The notes beneath the pieces are model-generated. The model saw nothing but the letters and a program-made list of their open reading frames with translations, did not search any database and was not told where the DNA came from. DNA of 64,000 bases from assembly GCA_030656075.1 (NCBI GenBank), contig JAUSOT010000047.1:10-64009 (forward strand). Reading direction: 5' to 3'. Every line of letters starts with the position of its first letter. The stretch's first letter is position 1. A program made the translations under genes and the position numbers. This DNA comes from Candidatus Cloacimonadales bacterium. Lineage in GTDB: Bacteria; Cloacimonadota; Cloacimonadia; Cloacimonadales; TCS61. Below are positions 59,292 through 64,000 of the stretch, one piece after another.

Positions 59292-61233
59292 TTTTAGGAA
59301 TTATGAAGGATACTGCTAAACCTTTACCAGGTTCGGATTTCAACCAGATTTTTCCACCATATTTCGTGATGATCTTCCTCACAATCGCCAATCCGATACC
59401 TACGCCTTCCACCTCATCGCGGGGCTTCAGAGTTTGGAAGATCTGGAAAACTTTGTCGAAATATTTCGGATCGATACCAGGACCGTTGTCAGTGACTGAA
59501 AACTCATATTCTTTTGGCCTTTCCGCCCATTCGATGACAATAAGCCCTTTGTCTTTATCCATAAATTTGATACTGTTATCGATCAGGTTTTCAAAAACTT
59601 GCTCGATTCTGCTTTTTTCAAAATAAAGACTCGGTATGTTTTCTTGTACCTTGATGGAAATATTGTTTGGTATCTGCATTCTGTTCTGCAAACCGGCGAG
59701 CATTTTATTCATCTCAACATTGCTCTTTTCACCCTCGAAACTGACGATATTTGTATAATCAAAAATAGCGTCGATCAGGTTGTGCATTCTTTCCGTGCGG
59801 TTAATGAGAAGCTGCATCTGTCCTTTTGCTTCTTCGCTCATTTTGTTTTCTTCGTCCATCATCACCCAGTTTGCCAGAGTATTGATCGCTCGCAGCGGAG
59901 ATTTAAGGTCATGAGAAGTGATGTAGGCAAAATCCAGCAGATCTTTATTTACAATTTTTAAGTCTTCTATCGCTTTGTTGGAAATCTCTTCAACTTTATT
60001 TCTTTGGGAAATTTTTCGGATGGAACCCACGATCGAGGAAGGCATTTTATCATCATCAAGAAGCAGCCTGGCTGTGATTGTACAAGGCACAACACTTCCG
60101 TTTTTCCCTTTCAGGCTTATTTCATAATCGTTGAGATCCTGTTCCTTTTTCAAAGCAGCCACAAAATTTTTCCGCTGCTCATCATTAGCGTATAAAATCT
60201 TCATTTCTTTGCCGATCAGTTCTTCTCTTGGAATATCAGAGATTTTTGAAATCGAATGACTTATTTCTTTTATATAACCGTTAATACTTACTTCATAATA
60301 AACATCCTGAATATTTTCGAAGATCTTCAGCTTCTCTTTGCAGGTTTTTTCGTATTCTACAGTTGATTCGTCCTGGCTGACTTCCGGGATCGCATCAAAG
60401 GTCGTCAGAATGGAAGAAGGCTTATTATCTGCATCGAGCAATAAAGCTGATTTGCAGTAGAGATTGTTTTCTGTTCCGTTTTTATGCCTGGTAACGACCT
60501 TGAGAACTTTGTTTTCCCAGTCTTGCCGGTTATCTATCGTATTCATAATTTTGGCGCCTTCTGGGAAAACTGTCGATATTTTCTTTCCCAGGAAATCACT
60601 GGCTTTATGTCCGTGCATTTCGGCAAATTCCAGGTTGCAGAAAATGATAATTCCATGGAGATTGGTGAGTACGACCGGGTATTTTAGGGCGATAATGGCT
60701 TTTTGCAGAAGTTCGGATTTTTTCACTTTTTCTTTAAGTTGTTCCTGGGTAGCCTGCATTGAGCGATAGTTGCTTTCTATATTGCGCAATCTCAGTAAAT
60801 CTTGTTTTTGTGTTTCGATCGATTTGAGAAGCGTGCGTGTTTTATGCTGACTTTTCTTTTCTTCGATCATTTGAATGGTCTTTAATCTTTTCCGCAGACT
60901 AAATTGGATAATCAACAGGACAATTACCAGTATGAAGGCAATTATCAACAGGATTAAGAAAGGCCAGGTTTTTTGCATTGATTCACCGGAGCGGTACATG
61001 TTATTATAATTAACGCGGCTTTGAGTATTCGTGTTCGGGTCGAAAATATTATCGGGAGACGTTTGGCTCAGAATTATTGAATCATGCTTCGTTTTTTCTT
61101 GCATTAATGCGTCGAAATCATTTGAGTTGCTGGTTTCCTGGGCCTGCAAAAAAATGGAGATGAGAGCAAACAATATAAAAAAAAGGGATAATTTTTGCTT
61201 CATTGGCCTATCCTTTTGATTCGGGGAATTCAC
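59269..61233 (-). CDS. membrane-anchored PAS-domain sensor histidine kinase
   Basis: 654 aa with a signal/TM segment, a coiled coil and two PAS-like regions. HisKA is ITSHDLKSPLRAINTLANW. HATPase is DNGPGIDPKY...GVGIGLAIVRKI. Confidence 0.8.
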   Translation of the reverse strand: MNSPNQKDRPMKQKLSLFFILFALISIFLQAQETSNSNDFDALMQEKTKHDSIILSQTSPDNIFDPNTNTQSRVNYNNMYRSGESMQKTWPFLILLIIAFILVIVLLIIQFSLRKRLKTIQMIEEKKSQHKTRTLLKSIETQKQDLLRLRNIESNYRSMQATQEQLKEKVKKSELLQKAIIALKYPVVLTNLHGIIIFCNLEFAEMHGHKASDFLGKKISTVFPEGAKIMNTIDNRQDWENKVLKVVTRHKNGTENNLYCKSALLLDADNKPSSILTTFDAIPEVSQDESTVEYEKTCKEKLKIFENIQDVYYEVSINGYIKEISHSISKISDIPREELIGKEMKILYANDEQRKNFVAALKKEQDLNDYEISLKGKNGSVVPCTITARLLLDDDKMPSSIVGSIRKISQRNKVEEISNKAIEDLKIVNKDLLDFAYITSHDLKSPLRAINTLANWVMMDEENKMSEEAKGQMQLLINRTERMHNLIDAIFDYTNIVSFEGEKSNVEMNKMLAGLQNRMQIPNNISIKVQENIPSLYFEKSRIEQVFENLIDNSIKFMDKDKGLIVIEWAERPKEYEFSVTDNGPGIDPKYFDKVFQIFQTLKPRDEVEGVGIGLAIVRKIITKYGGKIWLKSEPGKGLAVSFIIPKNGNLESV

Positions 61234-61630
61234 TGATTTCCCAATAATTTTTGATAGTTTTAATGATCTTTACGAATTCTTGATAGTTAACAGATTTTAT
61301 CATGTAGCCGGCAATCCCCAGCTTGAAAGTATCTATTTTGTCCTGTTCCGAGCGCGAAGTTGTGAGCACTACAACCGGGATGGTCAACAATCTTTCATCA
61401 CTTCTAATTATTTTTAGAAATTCTACTCCATTCATTCTGGGCATATTCAAGTCGAGTAAAATGATGGCTGGTCGTTCATTGGATTCATCCTGCAGATATT
61501 GCAGAGCATCCTCTCCATCTTTCTTAATGATGACGTCGTTGAATATCTCATTTTCTTTCAACGCTCTGCGGACAGTCATTGCGTCCACAATATCATCTTC
61601 CAACACAAGAATTGGTTTGCTATTTTTCAT
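61208..61630 (-). CDS. stand-alone response regulator receiver protein
   Basis: 140 aa with ILVLEDDIVD, LLDLNMPRMNG (phospho-Asp) and AGYMIKS. Confidence 0.85.
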   Translation of the reverse strand: MKNSKPILVLEDDIVDAMTVRRALKENEIFNDVIIKKDGEDALQYLQDESNERPAIILLDLNMPRMNGVEFLKIIRSDERLLTIPVVVLTTSRSEQDKIDTFKLGIAGYMIKSVNYQEFVKIIKTIKNYWEISEFPESKG

Positions 61631-61664
61631 TTTTTTTCTCCATTAACGATATAAGCTAACTCGT

Positions 61665-62978
61665 TCAGTTCGATTCACTTTTGGGCAGCGTAAAAAAGAA
61701 AGTGCTGCCTTTTCCAACTTGCGATTCCACCCAAATTTGCCCACCATACATTTCCACGATCTTCTTGATGACCGTGAGGCCTATTCCAGTACTTTCATAT
61801 TGATCGCGGGATTGCAAAGTGTGGAATATTTTGAATATTTTCTCGAAATTTATTTCTTCGATTCCGGGGCCATTGTCTTTTACGTAGAATCTCCAGAAAT
61901 TTCCATCATCTTTACAGCCAATTTCAATTTTGCCTTCCGGTTTATCCATGTATTTCACAGCATTGCTCAGAAAATTCTGGAAGACTTGTTCGATACGGGT
62001 TTTTTCAAATTTCACGACCGGAAGTTTATCGACGATTTTTATCTCGATGCTGCTATCCACTGCCAAAAGATCGATTACCAGTGGGACTTCTTCCGCCAGA
62101 TTTATCTCGACTTTTTCTTCTTCGACTCGGCCGATCCGGGAATATTGCAGCACTCCGTCTATCAAGTTATCCATTCGGACCACACGATTGATCATCAAAT
62201 CCAATTGTGCCTTTCCATCTTCATCAAATTTTTCCGAATAATCTGAAATCAACCAGGTGGCAAGCGAACGAATTCCCCTTAACGGCGCTTTCAGATCATG
62301 AGATACAATATGAGCAAAATCTTTCAGTTCCCGGTTGATACTGTCGATCTTCTGCATTGCTTTTTCCAGCACTTTTTCATGTTTGGTGGAAAGCATATAC
62401 AATTTTTGAAAACTTCTCATACTCCGAATGCGGAGATAATTCGCTATCATAGACACATAAAATGAAAGCGAGATTAACGTTACGATCATTTTCCAGTCAG
62501 CCTGGAATTCTTTTAAAACCAGTTCAAAAACAACTGCCAGTAAAATAAAAACTACAGAAATAAAATACCAGGTAAATGATAGAAAAAAGATCCCGCAGCC
62601 AATGATGATCAGTAAAATATAAACAATATAGATGATATCATTGCTCATCTTGATATATGTTATGCTGTTTATAAGAACCACCAGCACGATAAGAGTACCG
62701 GCGGGATGGCTGAATTTATGAGGAAATTTAATTGCAGTTAGAAGGTTCAGGATGGCAAAAAGAATAAGAAATGACATGATAGTCAGACGTACCATGTTTA
62801 TATTTGCCCTGAAGAGAGTTAGATGGCCGATCGAAAAAATTAGAAACAAGAGAGTAAAAGCAAAGGCAAGCGCTTTGACATTCGTATAGAAAATATCGTT
62901 AATTCTCTGGTTTAGTTCTTGGTCTTTTATGTTTACTTTATACGTGTCCAGAAGTTTGGGATTTTCTTCCGAATTCAT
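61665..62978 (-). CDS. membrane sensor histidine kinase (multi-TM input domain)
   Basis: 437 aa with about 6 TM segments. Has HIVSHDLKAPLRGIRSLATW (H-box), DNGPGIEEINF and GIGLTVIKKIVE. Confidence 0.8.
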   Translation of the reverse strand: MNSEENPKLLDTYKVNIKDQELNQRINDIFYTNVKALAFAFTLLFLIFSIGHLTLFRANINMVRLTIMSFLILFAILNLLTAIKFPHKFSHPAGTLIVLVVLINSITYIKMSNDIIYIVYILLIIIGCGIFFLSFTWYFISVVFILLAVVFELVLKEFQADWKMIVTLISLSFYVSMIANYLRIRSMRSFQKLYMLSTKHEKVLEKAMQKIDSINRELKDFAHIVSHDLKAPLRGIRSLATWLISDYSEKFDEDGKAQLDLMINRVVRMDNLIDGVLQYSRIGRVEEEKVEINLAEEVPLVIDLLAVDSSIEIKIVDKLPVVKFEKTRIEQVFQNFLSNAVKYMDKPEGKIEIGCKDDGNFWRFYVKDNGPGIEEINFEKIFKIFHTLQSRDQYESTGIGLTVIKKIVEMYGGQIWVESQVGKGSTFFFTLPKSESN

Positions 62979-63130
62979 GAGATCCTCACTTAAATCTTCA
63001 ACAACTTTTCCATTTCAATTTTATCTATGAATACTTTATTATTCATAATATATTTTAATGAATTAGGTCGATTTTAAGTCAAGACTTTGTAAATATTTTT
63101 TTCATTTTAGGAAAAAATAATTTGAAATAA

Positions 63131-63163
63131 TGCAAAAAAGCAGCACAAGAAAAGTGCTGCTTT
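63131..63163 (-). terminator. rho-independent terminator after lysS
   Basis: The minus strand reads AAAGCAGCAC-TTTTCTT-GTGCTGCTTT running into a T tract (GTGCTGCTTTTTTGCA). Confidence 0.55.
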
Positions 63164-63169
63164 CAGAAT

Positions 63170-64000
63170 TTATTCTTCCGGTTTCATCTGGGGAAACAGG
63201 ATTACCTCTTTGATGGAAGTATTGCCGGTGAACAGCATCACCAGTCGATCTATGCCGATTCCCAGGCCGCCGGTAGGAGGCATACCGTATTCCAGGGCTT
63301 CCAGGAAATCTTCATCCACCACATTCGCTTCCGCATCCCCCATTTCACGCAGTTTGGATTGCGCTTCCAGTCTCTGCCGCTGATCGAGCGGATCGTTCAA
63401 TTCGGTAAAAGCGTTGCCGTATTCGTTGCCGTTGATGAAAAGTTCGAATCTTTCCGTCAACAGCGGATTACCCGGTTTTTCTTTGGCCAGCGGAGAAACC
63501 TCTTTCGGGAAATCGATCACGAAAGTCGGCTGGATCAATTTTGGTTCCACGAACACACCGAAAATCTCTTCGATCAGTTTTCCCGGTCCGGCCGTCGGTT
63601 CTATTTCGATTTCATGTTCAGTGCAGAAAGCTTTGATCTTTACGAAATCAAAATCGGCAGCATCGAAGCCGGTTTCTTCTTTGATCAGATCGAGCATGGC
63701 AGCCCGGCACCAGGGTTTTTTCAGTTGAATTTCTGTGCCGAGAAAATCTATTACTTCCGTTCCCAAAACTTCCTTTGCTATGTGCAGAACCATATCTTCG
63801 GTCAGTTCCATCATGTCGTTGATATCGGCGTAGGATTGATATAGTTCAATCATGGAAAATTCGGGATTATGGGTGCGATCCATTCCTTCATTGCGGAAGT
63901 TTTTACCGATTTCATAAACGCGTTCGATACCGCCCACGATCAGTCTTTTCAAATATAATTCCAGGGCAATTCGCAGATAAAGATCCACGTCCAGCGTATT
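63170..64000 (-). CDS. lysS: lysyl-tRNA synthetase, class II (C-terminal catalytic part; 5' end beyond window)
   Basis: Has RIALELYLKRLIVGG..RVYEIGKNFRNEGMDRTHNPEF (motif 2) and GGLGIGIDRLVMLFT (motif 3). The reading frame stays open to position 64000. Confidence 0.9.
   Translation of the reverse strand, partial: NTLDVDLYLRIALELYLKRLIVGGIERVYEIGKNFRNEGMDRTHNPEFSMIELYQSYADINDMMELTEDMVLHIAKEVLGTEVIDFLGTEIQLKKPWCRAAMLDLIKEETGFDAADFDFVKIKAFCTEHEIEIEPTAGPGKLIEEIFGVFVEPKLIQPTFVIDFPKEVSPLAKEKPGNPLLTERFELFINGNEYGNAFTELNDPLDQRQRLEAQSKLREMGDAEANVVDEDFLEALEYGMPPTGGLGIGIDRLVMLFTGNTSIKEVILFPQMKPEE

Overview
This is an AT-rich bacterial chromosome segment with about 55 genes, most of them on the minus strand. 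All product calls rest on motifs I recognised in the supplied translations and in my own reading of the DNA; no database search was possible. Gene content suggests an anaerobic amino-acid fermenter of the FCB / Cloacimonadota type, which is inference only. That content includes glutamate formiminotransferase-cyclodeaminase, adjacent class III (nrdDG) and class II (nrdJ) ribonucleotide reductases, and a DUF134/DUF5320/NifX-like/4Fe-4S-MinD cluster. It also includes four secreted proteins ending in a T9SS-type C-terminal sorting domain (...SGVYLYKLVSGEKELAANKMLLLK). Housekeeping genes present are prfA, rpmE, lysS (partial), tldD/pmbA, a lolC/E-like permease, guanine deaminase, glycosyltransferases and a four-gene two-component/partner-switching cluster. 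Four things stand out. (1) A 5.6-kb mosaic at 49.9-55.5 kb holds two single-gene DUF1016/YhcG nuclease cassettes. Each is bracketed by a duplicated end of the neighbouring host gene: the lolC 5' end as a 62-nt perfect repeat, and a diverged relic of the glycosyltransferase 3' end. The same mosaic carries a compact endonuclease-less group II intron and an AT-rich ORF bounded by inverted repeats. (2) A dprA gene is start/stop-coupled to a RecQ-helicase::ComF-type phosphoribosyltransferase fusion. (3) A RAYT-type Y1 transposase is flanked by about 100-nt REP-like units, and related hairpin 'words' fill nearly every intergenic region. In three places these words appear to sit in frame inside coding sequence. 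(4) A HEPN/MNT toxin-antitoxin pair is coupled to a third unknown gene. I found no rRNA, tRNA or CRISPR array.
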